From Ignicoccus pacificus DSM 13166 (lineage in GTDB: Archaea > Thermoproteota > Thermoprotei_A > Sulfolobales > Ignicoccaceae), in NCBI GenBank assembly GCA_025340205.1, contig CP006868.1, positions 900,001 to 932,000 of the forward strand: a DNA stretch of 32,000 nucleotides, read 5' to 3'. A program made the translations under genes and the position numbers. A model generated the notes under the pieces. It was given only the letters and a program-made list of their open reading frames with translations. It was not told the DNA's origin and ran no database searches. This document shows positions 17,768 to 27,130 of the stretch, piece by piece. Numbering within the stretch: position 1 is the stretch's first letter; each line of letters starts with the position of its first letter.

Positions 17768-17816
17768 AACTCCCCTTTTCATGTACTTTTCGTATCAATA
17801 TATATTGCACAAACTT

Positions 17817-17824
17817 GTTTAAAC
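17817..17824 (+). promoter_or_regulatory. Putative TATA box of the sucCD transcript
   Basis: GTTTAAAC about 34 nt upstream of the SucC TTG start. Confidence 0.4.
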
Positions 17825-17857
17825 TGCCTAGTCCCAACTCCCACTGGGGTACCACCC

Positions 17858-18991
17858 TTGAACTTGCTCGAATATGAGGCTAAGGAGATAGCGAAGAAGT
17901 ATCATATTCCGGTCCCACCGGGTGTTCTGATAGAAGAGCCGGGACAAGTACAGCAAGCGATAGACGAGCTGGGCTTACCCGTAGTCCTGAAGGCACAAGT
18001 CCCGGTAGCGGGAAGGGGAAAGGCGGGAGGAGTGAAGCTCGCTAGAGATCCAGATGAGGCCTATGAAATAGCTGAGGAGCTATTCGAGAAGGAGATCAAG
18101 GGTTATCCCGTCTACTCGATACTCGTGGAGAAGGCCGCTAACATACAAAGAGAACTGTACCTATCCTTCACTCTGGACAGAGCCAACAGAAGGGTCGTAA
18201 TGCTCGCTTCTGGAGAAGGAGGAATGGAGATAGAAGAGTTAGCTAAGGAGAAACCCGAGGCCATAATCAAACTCCCTATAGAGCCCGAAATAGGACTTAA
18301 GGCTCATGAAGTCAGAGAGGTAGGTAAGAAGATAGGGCTTAGTGGTAACTGCCTTAGGTCCTTCGAGCAAATAGCGAAGTCTATGTATAAGATATTCATG
18401 GATTACGATGCTGATCTGGTCGAAAGTAACCCCCTAGCTATAACTGATCAAGGTATGATGGCCTTAGACTTCAGAATGATAATTGATGACAACGCTATAT
18501 TCCGTCACCCAGAGTTCGAGGCTGCTAGAGAGAGGGAGCTAAGAGGCGCGGAGAAGATAGCTGCAAAGAGAGGATTCTTCTATGTAGAACTAGATGGCGA
18601 CATAGGAATTATCGGTAATGGTGCTGGACTTACCATGGCTACAATGGATGTCGTGAATTACTATGGAGGTAGACCCGCTAACTTCCTAGATATCGGCGGA
18701 GGAGCTAGAAGGGAGAGAGTGAAGGAAGCAGTAAAGGTACTCCTAGAGAACCCTAGGGTTAAGGTTATATTCGTCAATATATTCGGTGGAATTACCTTGG
18801 CTAGCGAAGTCGCCTTAGGGATAGTAGCAGCCTTGCAAGAATCGCCAGTGAAGAAGCCAATAGTGGCCAGAGTCGTGGGAACGGCTGAGGAAGAGGGAAG
18901 GAAGATCCTACAAGAGGCCGGGATCCCGCTTTTTGAGAGCATGGATGAAGCCGCCAAAGAGGCGGTAAGGTTGGCTAAGGAAGTAGCTTGA
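17858..18991 (+). CDS. sucC: Succinyl-CoA synthetase beta subunit
   Basis: ATP-grasp 'MNLLEYEAKEIAKKYHIPVPPG...LKAQVPVAGRGKAGGVK...FVNIFGGI'. Confidence 0.92.
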   Translation: MNLLEYEAKEIAKKYHIPVPPGVLIEEPGQVQQAIDELGLPVVLKAQVPVAGRGKAGGVKLARDPDEAYEIAEELFEKEIKGYPVYSILVEKAANIQRELYLSFTLDRANRRVVMLASGEGGMEIEELAKEKPEAIIKLPIEPEIGLKAHEVREVGKKIGLSGNCLRSFEQIAKSMYKIFMDYDADLVESNPLAITDQGMMALDFRMIIDDNAIFRHPEFEAARERELRGAEKIAAKRGFFYVELDGDIGIIGNGAGLTMATMDVVNYYGGRPANFLDIGGGARRERVKEAVKVLLENPRVKVIFVNIFGGITLASEVALGIVAALQESPVKKPIVARVVGTAEEEGRKILQEAGIPLFESMDEAAKEAVRLAKEVA

Positions 18992-19006
18992 AGGAGGTGA
19001 GAGGAG

Positions 19007-19897
19007 ATGGTAGTACTGGTCGATGAAAACACTCGAGTAGTCGTTCAAGGAATGACTGGACGCTACGGAAAGTTCCACAGCGAGCAAATGATGAAGTATG
19101 GAACGAAGATATTGGCCGGCGTAACACCCGGTAAAGGCGGCCAAGAGGTCTTAGGAAGGCCCATCTTCGACACCGTAAAAGAGGCGAAGGAACAATTTCC
19201 AGAGCTAAACACCTCCATAATATTCGTACCCTCCAGCGGCGCAGCAGATGCGATAATTGAGGCAGCCGACGCTGGTCTAAAGCTAATTGTGGTCATCACC
19301 GAAGGAATACCGGTTCATGATACTCTAAGGGCGGTGAGATATGCTAGGAGTAAAGGAGCAGTAGTCGTAGGTCCTAACTGTCCCGGCGTAATAAGCCCTG
19401 GAAAGGCCAAGGTGGGAATAATGCCACATCAGTACTTCACTCCGGGTAGAGTAGGAATAGTGTCTAGATCTGGTACTCTGACTTATGAGATAGCGTATCA
19501 GCTCACGAAGAGGGGAATAGGACAAAGCACGGCGATAGGAATAGGAGGAGACCCAATAATAGGCTTGGATACCGTCGAAGCGGTTAAGCTTATGGATAAG
19601 GACCCTGATACCGATCTAATCGTTGTAATTGGAGAGATCGGAGGAGACGCTGAGGAGAGGCTGGCGGCTGCGATAAAGAGAGGTGAGATAACCAAACCGG
19701 TAGTTGCTTACGTTGCCGGAAGGACGGCTCCTCCAGGAAAGAGAATGGGTCACGCTGGAGCGATCATAAGCATGGGAGCCGGTACTGCCGAGAGTAAGGT
19801 GAAGGCCTTCAGAGAAGCGGGAGTCCCCGTAGCTGACATTCCCTCTCAAGTCCCCGACTTGGTAGAACAGAAGCTGAAAGAGATGGGCAAGCTCTAA
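19007..19897 (+). CDS. sucD: Succinyl-CoA synthetase alpha subunit
   Basis: 'VVQGMTGRYGKFHSEQMMKYGTKILAGVTPGKGG', 'GPNCPGVISP', 'GHAGAII'. Confidence 0.93.
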   Translation: MVVLVDENTRVVVQGMTGRYGKFHSEQMMKYGTKILAGVTPGKGGQEVLGRPIFDTVKEAKEQFPELNTSIIFVPSSGAADAIIEAADAGLKLIVVITEGIPVHDTLRAVRYARSKGAVVVGPNCPGVISPGKAKVGIMPHQYFTPGRVGIVSRSGTLTYEIAYQLTKRGIGQSTAIGIGGDPIIGLDTVEAVKLMDKDPDTDLIVVIGEIGGDAEERLAAAIKRGEITKPVVAYVAGRTAPPGKRMGHAGAIISMGAGTAESKVKAFREAGVPVADIPSQVPDLVEQKLKEMGKL

Positions 19898-19954
19898 CTT
19901 TTTTGAAGACAAGATGTATATACTTCCCTAAGCATCACTCAACGGGATTCCTCA

Positions 19955-21190
19955 ATGGTAGGAGACACCATATGGGAGTTCAGGTCTCCCAGAAGCAAGT
20001 TCGGACCAGGAAGTTTCAACGAACTAGGAGCTGAAATGAAGAGGATGAGGTGTGAGAAGCCTTTCGTGATAACCACCAGGGGATGGGTAAGAAGGGGAAT
20101 CATCGATAGGCTGAAGGAGATACTAGGCACTGAGGTTCCTTATTGGGATGGCGTGGAGCCGGAGCCATCTGCGGAGAGCGTGGAGGAAGCCGCCAAGGCC
20201 TTTAAGGAGAGCAACGCCGATTGCCTTATAGCAATAGGTGGCGGTTCCGCCCTGGATACCGCTAAGATAGCCAACCTACTCGCGACCTATGGTGGAAGCG
20301 TTAGGGATTACATAGCTCCTCCCTATGGTCAAGGAAAGCCCGTTCCCGGTCCCGTAAAGCCGATGATAGCGGTCCCCACTACTGCTGGTACTGGAAGCGA
20401 GGTAACTAGCGTAGCAGTCGTGACCCTCAAGGCGGAGAATGTAAAAGTTGGAATAAGCTCCGATTACTTGAGACCCAGCCTAGCTCTGCTCGATCCGGAA
20501 CTAACCTTGACCGTTCCCCCCAAGGTAACCGCCGACACCGGTATGGATGCCTTAACACATGCTGTAGAAGCCTACATAGCGAAGCCTTACTGGGCCAGGG
20601 AGAAGCCCGAAGATCCACTAAAGAGACCGGTCTACGTAGGATCTTACTCTGTTACTGAGAGCCTGGCTGAGAAAGCCATAGAGCTCGTCGGAAAGTACTT
20701 GAGGAGGGCTGTCTACTGGGGTAAGACCGACCTAGAGGCAAGAAGCGGAATGCTCTTGGCCAGCTACTTGGCCGGTCTCGCCTTCGGAAACTCTGGAGTA
20801 GGGTTAGCCCACGCTGCCTCCTACCCGCTAGGCGGAAGGTTCAAGGTAACTCATGGAGAGGCCGTGGGAATATTGCTCCCGGCAGTACTCGAGTACAACG
20901 CTCCAGCTAACTACGAGAAGGCCAAGAAGGTGGGTGAGCTGCTAAGCGGAACCGAGTGCCCGGAGAAGGATCCCCAGAAGTGTGCCGAGTGGGCGGCTAA
21001 CGTAATAAGGGCTCTCCAGAAGGACATCAAGTTCACGCCAGGCTTGGAAGTAGTTGGAGTCACAGAGGAAGATATCATTGAGATGGCAGAAGAGACTATG
21101 AAGCAGAAGAGGTTATTGGCAACGAATCCTAGACCCGTCGATGTAGATGGCGTTATATGGGTTTACAAGAGGAGCATGAGGAACTACTAA
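19955..21190 (+). CDS. Iron-type (group III) alcohol dehydrogenase; candidate succinate-semialdehyde reductase
   Basis: 'AIGGGSALDTAK', 'PTTAGTGSEVTSVAVVT', 'TGMDALTHAVEAY', 'GLAHAASYPLGG'. The substrate is inferred only from adjacency to sucCD. Confidence 0.85.
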   Translation: MVGDTIWEFRSPRSKFGPGSFNELGAEMKRMRCEKPFVITTRGWVRRGIIDRLKEILGTEVPYWDGVEPEPSAESVEEAAKAFKESNADCLIAIGGGSALDTAKIANLLATYGGSVRDYIAPPYGQGKPVPGPVKPMIAVPTTAGTGSEVTSVAVVTLKAENVKVGISSDYLRPSLALLDPELTLTVPPKVTADTGMDALTHAVEAYIAKPYWAREKPEDPLKRPVYVGSYSVTESLAEKAIELVGKYLRRAVYWGKTDLEARSGMLLASYLAGLAFGNSGVGLAHAASYPLGGRFKVTHGEAVGILLPAVLEYNAPANYEKAKKVGELLSGTECPEKDPQKCAEWAANVIRALQKDIKFTPGLEVVGVTEEDIIEMAEETMKQKRLLATNPRPVDVDGVIWVYKRSMRNY

Positions 21191-21204
21191 TCTGGTTCTC
21201 ATTT

Positions 21205-21879
21205 TTAGATATTGAATATCCTAGAAAGCAGAACCAAAACTATAAATGAACACAGCGGTACGGTGATGTTATCGTCTATTTTCCCTCCCAAGAACTCAAA
21301 CCTCTCCACAATAGCGGCTACTATGCCAGCTATGATTCCCGGTAAACCGACCAGACTTCCTATGAGTACGTTTACTATCAGCATACCAATGTTTCCGTAC
21401 CATGACTTGGTTCTCCTTTTGAATAGAGCATTCCTTATCAATCCTGTAACGCCGTCGCCTATTGCCATGAACGCAGCCGGGAGAACTCCATACCAAGGGT
21501 TGCCCAGCAAGTAACCTAAGGCAAGCATAACGGCTGTCATCAACGTGAAGTGAACCTCGTAATCGTTTTCATGTGTTTGGAACCAGTACATTAGCTTCTT
21601 CTTTTCCATTCTGGCCTTTGCTACTATCGCAGTTAAGATAAGCGATAGGGATATCGGAACAAGTGGTTCTGTATATAGAAATGGAACTAATAGGACCAAT
21701 CCACCTGCCGTTATATGGATGAGTTTGCGGTTGTAGTACACTGCTACGTTATGCTCGACGCCTCTGTCTCGTAGTACATGATAGAGTTTCTTGGTTAATA
21801 CCTTCATGACGAATAAGGTCCATATGGCTATTGGAATGGAGATCAGTAGCTCGAATATGATCCTCTCCATCACTCCCAT
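21205..21879 (-). CDS. Dolichol kinase / CDP-alcohol-type membrane cytidylyltransferase-like protein
   Basis: Multi-TM; 'NRKLIHITAGG', 'AIGDGVTGLIR...KSWYGNIGMLIVN' resembles the dolichol-kinase family signature. Confidence 0.6.
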   Translation of the reverse strand: MGVMERIIFELLISIPIAIWTLFVMKVLTKKLYHVLRDRGVEHNVAVYYNRKLIHITAGGLVLLVPFLYTEPLVPISLSLILTAIVAKARMEKKKLMYWFQTHENDYEVHFTLMTAVMLALGYLLGNPWYGVLPAAFMAIGDGVTGLIRNALFKRRTKSWYGNIGMLIVNVLIGSLVGLPGIIAGIVAAIVERFEFLGGKIDDNITVPLCSFIVLVLLSRIFNI

Positions 21880-21973
21880 CGTTCAACTCATAAGGGGTCA
21901 AGGTTATTAGTGTTGATCCGGCCTAGATTTTAACCGATCGGACGAGTGAGAAGAGTGAGGCCGGTGAACTTCA

Positions 21974-22807
21974 GTGGACCCTATAACTATCCCTTATCTT
22001 ATAATAAGCACCATTTACATAAAGGGGGATGTAGCATACTTCGCAGCGGGACCCTACCTATATACCTTGAACTTGACGTCCTTCCATTACAAGAGGTACT
22101 ATTATCTACCCTATTGTGGCAGTCTTTACTGCATTCCCACTTGTGTCGGTGAAATAAACAATACCATAGTAGTTGGAACAAGCGGATCTCTCTTATCCTT
22201 TAACGGGGAAACGTTTAGAAGAATCTTAGGTTTGCCAGTATCTGCTTGTAATAAGTACTTGGCAGTAGGTGTGAGCTATACTGACTCTAATAACGTTGTA
22301 AGATGGGGAGAGCTGCTGAGCAAGGATTTGAAACCTCTTTATGAGGGATGTGCAGTCTTCAGTACTTCTAATGACTATTACTCTCTTATTTGTAACAATA
22401 CTTATTCCATAGTTTACCATTCATCCACAATCTCGACCGAAGGTCCTGCGATCCTCTCGTCTAACGACAATTTTGAAGCGGCATTAGTCATGGGGATGAG
22501 CGGTAAATTAATAATATTTTCAAATGGCAAGATAATTAAGCGCTACGACCTAGGTACCGCATACAGTCCTCAGATATATTTGAGTGGGTATTCTAACTAC
22601 TTCTTCGTTATATGGAACGGTGAGCTATATGTATGGAAAGGCGGTGAATTATATAAGAGTAACTTGAGAGCGGTAGCAGTCGCTGGTTTTGGAAACGGAA
22701 ACTTACTCATCTTAAGACTCAGCAACGGAAAGCTAAAGGTAGAGGTAACTAATATTAGAGAACTAAAACTGAAGAGGTTTACCACTACGAGTTCTCCACT
22801 TGCATAA
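21974..22807 (+). CDS. Hypothetical propeller-like protein rich in Tyr/Ser/Asn, GTG start, Thr/Ser tail
   Basis: Repeated '...YFAAGPYLYTLNL', 'GTSGSLLSFNG', 'GMSGKLIIFSNGKIIKRY', 'VIWNGELYVWKGGELYKSN'. In-frame stop at 21965. Confidence 0.6.
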   Translation: MDPITIPYLIISTIYIKGDVAYFAAGPYLYTLNLTSFHYKRYYYLPYCGSLYCIPTCVGEINNTIVVGTSGSLLSFNGETFRRILGLPVSACNKYLAVGVSYTDSNNVVRWGELLSKDLKPLYEGCAVFSTSNDYYSLICNNTYSIVYHSSTISTEGPAILSSNDNFEAALVMGMSGKLIIFSNGKIIKRYDLGTAYSPQIYLSGYSNYFFVIWNGELYVWKGGELYKSNLRAVAVAGFGNGNLLILRLSNGKLKVEVTNIRELKLKRFTTTSSPLA

Positions 22808-23972
22808 TGCTTTTTAAGAATTTTACTCTCATTATGTGGTTTAGCGTCTTTGAGAAACTGGATTTGAATGCGTCGAAGGAAAACTTCTTAGAGTGCGTAA
22901 CACACGATTCCTTTAGTTTAGAATACCTTTCATGGTCTCTTTCTAGGAATCTTACCTTATCTATTACCTCGTGTATATCGCTATATCCAAGCTCTCGTGA
23001 TATAGGGGCTACTATATCGAACCATGCACCGCCGTCTTTAAGGACGAAAGGAATAGCACCGGCAGCCATGGCTTCGACTATCGCTATCCCGAAGTGCTCT
23101 ACCAAAGGAGGATGAAGGTAATACTTAGCTCTTCCAATCAATTCCTTCAGTTCGTCAAAAGATAAGTTCGGTTTAAGCTCGAGGTTATTCACTTCCATTG
23201 ATTCTTTTAAATTCCTTAACTTTCTTAAATATTTTGAATCCTCACTTGCCGATCCCACGATATAAAAGGTGAACTCTTTCAAATCTTTGGCTATCCTTAT
23301 TACCTCCTCTAACCTCTTTTCTGGTGAGAATCTACTCACCGTTATTATTATGTTCTCTTTCTTTTTATTAGAAAGCTCTAGGAATTCTTCAACTCTTGCA
23401 GGAGGATACAGTACCAGCGGTATAATGGAGAAGTCTTCGTAAATTTTGTTGGCAGTCCACGTAGAGTTCGCGAGAACGAAGGCGGATCTTTTGGAAACCA
23501 TTTTAGCTATAACCTTTACTATCGTATTGTAAACCTTGTCTACAGTATTGGTGCTCTCACTAACAGACCTCGTTGCTGGATAGTGAATGTAGGAAATGTC
23601 AGCCCTTGTGGGTACGTTGGAATGAGTCTCAATAATTACGTTACAACCGTTTCTCATCGCCTCTAATATTAAATGATTTACTGCTAAGAGCCTTCTCATC
23701 CTGGCTGCCTTACCTAGACCTACAAGCCCTAGGACTTTCTCAGAAAAAGTCAAGTATCTAGTCTTTAAGTTAGATCTAACGATTATATCATCTAAAGAAA
23801 AACCGTATTTTCTCTTTATCTCTATTGCATTAACTTCGGAAGCGCTAAATAACATTGCTTCATGACCTAACTCTTTGATCACTTTCAGCATGGAGATAGC
23901 TACGAGCTCGGCCCCTCCTAATTCATCGAAGTATTCATGAACAACGCATACCTTCAAAGCTTCAATCTCCAA
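22785..23972 (-). CDS. GT4-family glycosyltransferase (ALG11-like)
   Basis: 'HEYFDELGGAELVAISMLKVIKELGHE', 'TVSRFSPEKRLEEVI', 'HPPLVEHFGIAIVEAMAAGAIPFV'. Confidence 0.85.
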   Translation of the reverse strand: MEIEALKVCVVHEYFDELGGAELVAISMLKVIKELGHEAMLFSASEVNAIEIKRKYGFSLDDIIVRSNLKTRYLTFSEKVLGLVGLGKAARMRRLLAVNHLILEAMRNGCNVIIETHSNVPTRADISYIHYPATRSVSESTNTVDKVYNTIVKVIAKMVSKRSAFVLANSTWTANKIYEDFSIIPLVLYPPARVEEFLELSNKKKENIIITVSRFSPEKRLEEVIRIAKDLKEFTFYIVGSASEDSKYLRKLRNLKESMEVNNLELKPNLSFDELKELIGRAKYYLHPPLVEHFGIAIVEAMAAGAIPFVLKDGGAWFDIVAPISRELGYSDIHEVIDKVRFLERDHERYSKLKESCVTHSKKFSFDAFKSSFSKTLNHIMRVKFLKSIMQVENS

Positions 23973-24012
23973 AGGAAAAAGGAATGGGGAAGTTTAATGG
24001 ACTATGAAAATC

Positions 24013-25590
24013 CTACCTTTCCTCCTCGTAATCGTTAATTTGGGGTATCTTCTTGTAGCCTAACTCCTTCCACGGGAAGAAGGTGTTAGGACTGTGGCAA
24101 TCCTTACACCCTAACGCTCGATCGTCTGGGACTACTCCGTGATCCACTTGCATATATCTGATATAGGTTACCCACTTACCACTCCAATGAAGACTTGTTT
24201 CTTTCGCCCCAGCTAGTATAGCTGCTGTGCTGTTACCCGTTGCCATGAAGAGTCCTACCTTGATCGGTATGGGTATCCCTTCATCGCTTAGCGGAACTCT
24301 TGAGGTATGTACCTTGAAGGGATAGATCTTACCGTTACCCTTACTACCTAGAGGTTTAACTAGGACTACTTCGGTACCATTAACTTTGTTGGGATAGACG
24401 TAAATCGTTCTGCTTCCGTTGTACCACATGTAAGTAGGCCTTACGTATCTTCCGTACTTGGCCTTAGGCTCCCAATAGCCCAGCTTCGGCGAGAAGTGAG
24501 AACCGCTCCAGTCTCTGGAGAGCTCTGTCGGGTATTGGCCATGAGCAATATAGGGTATGTGACAAGTCTGACACGCTATGTATTCGCTGTGCTTGTTGAG
24601 CTCCCTACCCTCTCTTTCATCATTATCATGTGGCTGAGGTCCATGACAATCAATACAAGTTTTGACGTTTCCCGGCTCTCTAGCCCAGCCGTCGGCAACC
24701 TTGTCGGGAAACAGATGATACTTTCCAGTATGACAATCTACGCAATTCATCCCTTCACCTATGTGGTAATCGAAGTTCTTGTTCTTGTGATACATATCAG
24801 GAGTTATGTTGGGCCTCTTGAAGCCAGGACCTCCTCCGGAGTAGGCATGACATGCTAGGCAGTTAGCGTTAGTTGGCTTGTCTATTATATTCTTAGCGAT
24901 TGTATTTATGTCTAAGTTGACCTTGTAGTGCCACTTTCCATCCGCTCCTTTGTAAATGCTTCTAACGCCCTTCTTGAAACCTAGAACCCCAGAAACGTAG
25001 ACGTCGGGATTCATGTGACATGCTAAGCAGTCCATGTTCTTCAGCTGCTCCTCTGTAAGCTTACTAGAAGGAATAGCCCCCATTCCAATTGAATGACACG
25101 CAGCACATCCATAGGCCACGGGTTTACCTTTCATGTCTTCATATCCAGTGGGAACGTTTACGAGCTTGGCGAAGCCTATGAAGTTTATCGGTTTTCCTTG
25201 GAAGAATATCGCACCACAGAAGTCGTTCATAGCCCTTTTGCCACCGTACTTAACCCACGGAACGTTGTAGGCATCATACTGTTTAGCTAGCATTTGGTAA
25301 TGATACGAGTGAAAGAAGTCCACTGTGGCTTCTTCATGGCACTTGTAGCAAGTTTTAGCTCCCTCATAGCTCTTTATGCCCTCTTTGGCGAATTCCTTGG
25401 TGTGGTCGACAATTTTTATCTTGGTTTTCTTGTATTCCTCCTCTTCACTAAACTTAAGAACCTTGAGATCTAGCATTCGAGCGCTTGTTGCTATAACTAT
25501 CAGAATCAGTAAGGAAACTACTAGAGGAATTCTCTTATTCATCATCATCACCTGTTCAAGTAAAAGGGGCGATCTACTTGAAAGAACCAC
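24013..25590 (-). CDS. Octaheme c-type cytochrome, candidate octaheme tetrathionate reductase-like family member; likely start near 25548
   Basis: Eight CxxCH motifs (CYKCH, CAACH, CLACH x2, CVDCH, CIDCH, CQTCH, CKDCH) and an N-terminal signal/anchor 'KRIPLVVSLLILIVIATSA'. The eight hemes are seen directly; the family is inferred. Confidence 0.85.
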   Translation of the reverse strand: MVLSSRSPLLLEQVMMMNKRIPLVVSLLILIVIATSARMLDLKVLKFSEEEEYKKTKIKIVDHTKEFAKEGIKSYEGAKTCYKCHEEATVDFFHSYHYQMLAKQYDAYNVPWVKYGGKRAMNDFCGAIFFQGKPINFIGFAKLVNVPTGYEDMKGKPVAYGCAACHSIGMGAIPSSKLTEEQLKNMDCLACHMNPDVYVSGVLGFKKGVRSIYKGADGKWHYKVNLDINTIAKNIIDKPTNANCLACHAYSGGGPGFKRPNITPDMYHKNKNFDYHIGEGMNCVDCHTGKYHLFPDKVADGWAREPGNVKTCIDCHGPQPHDNDEREGRELNKHSEYIACQTCHIPYIAHGQYPTELSRDWSGSHFSPKLGYWEPKAKYGRYVRPTYMWYNGSRTIYVYPNKVNGTEVVLVKPLGSKGNGKIYPFKVHTSRVPLSDEGIPIPIKVGLFMATGNSTAAILAGAKETSLHWSGKWVTYIRYMQVDHGVVPDDRALGCKDCHSPNTFFPWKELGYKKIPQINDYEEER

Positions 25591-25753
25591 TTCGAATTTA
25601 CCATTAGAACAATGATGCTCTTAGGAGATTATACTTTCCTAATCGATCATATAGTTGAGTTAAATAGAACGTTGGCGGAGTTAAGAAAAGTCTAGGGGTA
25701 GTAAGGGAATTTCCATGTAAGTGGGTTAGAGATAGCGAGGGGCTGTGCACATG

Positions 25754-25830
25754 GCGCCCCCGCCGGGATTTGAACCCGGGACCACGGGCTCCGGAGGCCC
25801 GCGCTCTTCCTGGCTGAGCTACGGGGGCAC
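25754..25830 (-). tRNA. tRNA-Arg (CCG), no intron, CCA encoded
   Basis: Acceptor GCCCCCG/CGGGGGC, anticodon stem CGGGC/GCCCG, loop CTCCGGA, T-arm CCGGG-TTCAAAT-CCCGG. Confidence 0.93.
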
Positions 25831-25874
25831 CCGAGAGGACACAACATGGACTAAAATGTTTTGTAAGACTCCCT

Positions 25875-27071
25875 TTAATTATTTCTCCTCCTTCGCCTCC
25901 TTAGACTCCAAAGTAGAGGACCGAGTAACGCTGGAGCCGGTACCTTCATTGTTAGCTTTTGTACCTCCGACGTCGAATATAGTGTGAATATGCTAGTTGT
26001 CGTGGTTACTGTTTCCTTCTCATACATCGTCCTCGTTACAATTGTCACGTTGTTCACGGAATCAATAGTGCTTGATGTGTTATCCTTAGGCCATGGTTGA
26101 ACGAAGAATAGTCGGTAATCAGGAGGTGCTTCATCCAGCAAGGATTCATAGAGGTTAATCGAGTTAACGTCGTTAGGAACTTTACCGTTGAGCGCAATTA
26201 ATGAGTTAAGTATCCATTGGGCCACGATCTTGGCGTAAGTGTAGTTTAGGTATCCCAGCTTAGCACATACTATAGCAGCTGTGCCCAAGAGCTCGTAGAA
26301 TGCGTCGTCCTCTATCTTTAGTAGGGTTCCTTGAGTGTAGTTCCTATAGACTGGTGCCAGATACGTCTCGTTAAGTAGTTTACAATAATCACTTCTAGAT
26401 ATGTTTAGCGCCAACACCATCATTATCATAAGAGGTATGTGACCCTTTGAGCCCGGTTCTGCGATTATACCTTGGGGATTTTGGAGATAATTATAGAGCG
26501 AAGTCCAAAATGCAAGATCTAATCTATTCAAGAGATCAGTTAAGTTAAGAGCACCATCAACGCGTTGGCTTTTCATTGCCAAGACAAGTGCCCATAGGGT
26601 AGCTAGGTAGTCGTAATTGCTTTCTCCTAAGAGTTCTTGATAGTACGTTCCGATATGCATTCCAGTACTATCGAATTGTTTATTGACGATAAGCTCTAGT
26701 GTTGGTAAGAAGCTCACACTTGTGTCGTTGAGGCTTAACGCTGCTAACGCGTTGTAGAATGGTGCTTGAGTATAGTAAGTCGTTCCATTTGGATCCATGA
26801 TAGTTGGAAGCGGATAAACTTGGGTGAAGACGTATTCGTCGAAGGTCTTAGAAGCGTTGTAAGAGAGCGGGTACTGATCGTATATAAAGAACGCATAGAG
26901 CATATCTATTCTATTTATGCTAGGCGTACAATCGAAGAAACCACCACATGTCTGTTGTTGCGAATATAGATAGTCCACTGCCCCCTGTAAGGCACTTTGT
27001 AGGAAGCTAGATGTAAACAGTTCAGCATGAAGTAAGATAGCTAGCATTAACAGTAAAACAGCTCTTCTCAT
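25875..27071 (-). CDS. Secreted alpha-helical (alpha/alpha toroid-like) protein with Thr-rich region and C-terminal VPAPALL-hydrophobic-Arg tail (ORF extends to 27200)
   Basis: Signal peptide at internal Met 'MRRAVLLLMLAILLHAELF'. Helical repeats such as 'LQGAVDYLYSQQQTCGGFFDCTPS'. C-terminus 'TVTTTTSIFTLYSTSEVQKLTMKVPAPALLGPLLWSLRRRRRRNN'. Confidence 0.75.
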   Translation of the reverse strand: MRRAVLLLMLAILLHAELFTSSFLQSALQGAVDYLYSQQQTCGGFFDCTPSINRIDMLYAFFIYDQYPLSYNASKTFDEYVFTQVYPLPTIMDPNGTTYYTQAPFYNALAALSLNDTSVSFLPTLELIVNKQFDSTGMHIGTYYQELLGESNYDYLATLWALVLAMKSQRVDGALNLTDLLNRLDLAFWTSLYNYLQNPQGIIAEPGSKGHIPLMIMMVLALNISRSDYCKLLNETYLAPVYRNYTQGTLLKIEDDAFYELLGTAAIVCAKLGYLNYTYAKIVAQWILNSLIALNGKVPNDVNSINLYESLLDEAPPDYRLFFVQPWPKDNTSSTIDSVNNVTIVTRTMYEKETVTTTTSIFTLYSTSEVQKLTMKVPAPALLGPLLWSLRRRRRRNN

Positions 27072-27130
27072 GTCCCATCCCTTTACTAATATGGAAAAGA
27101 TATCGCTCGCCGAGCGCACTGAAAGTTTAC

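Noticed and set aside
25745-25987. ORF 25745..25987 (+)
   Set aside because: 'PPPGFEPGTTG' comes from the complement of tRNA-Arg; the rest is antisense to the secreted protein's 3' end.
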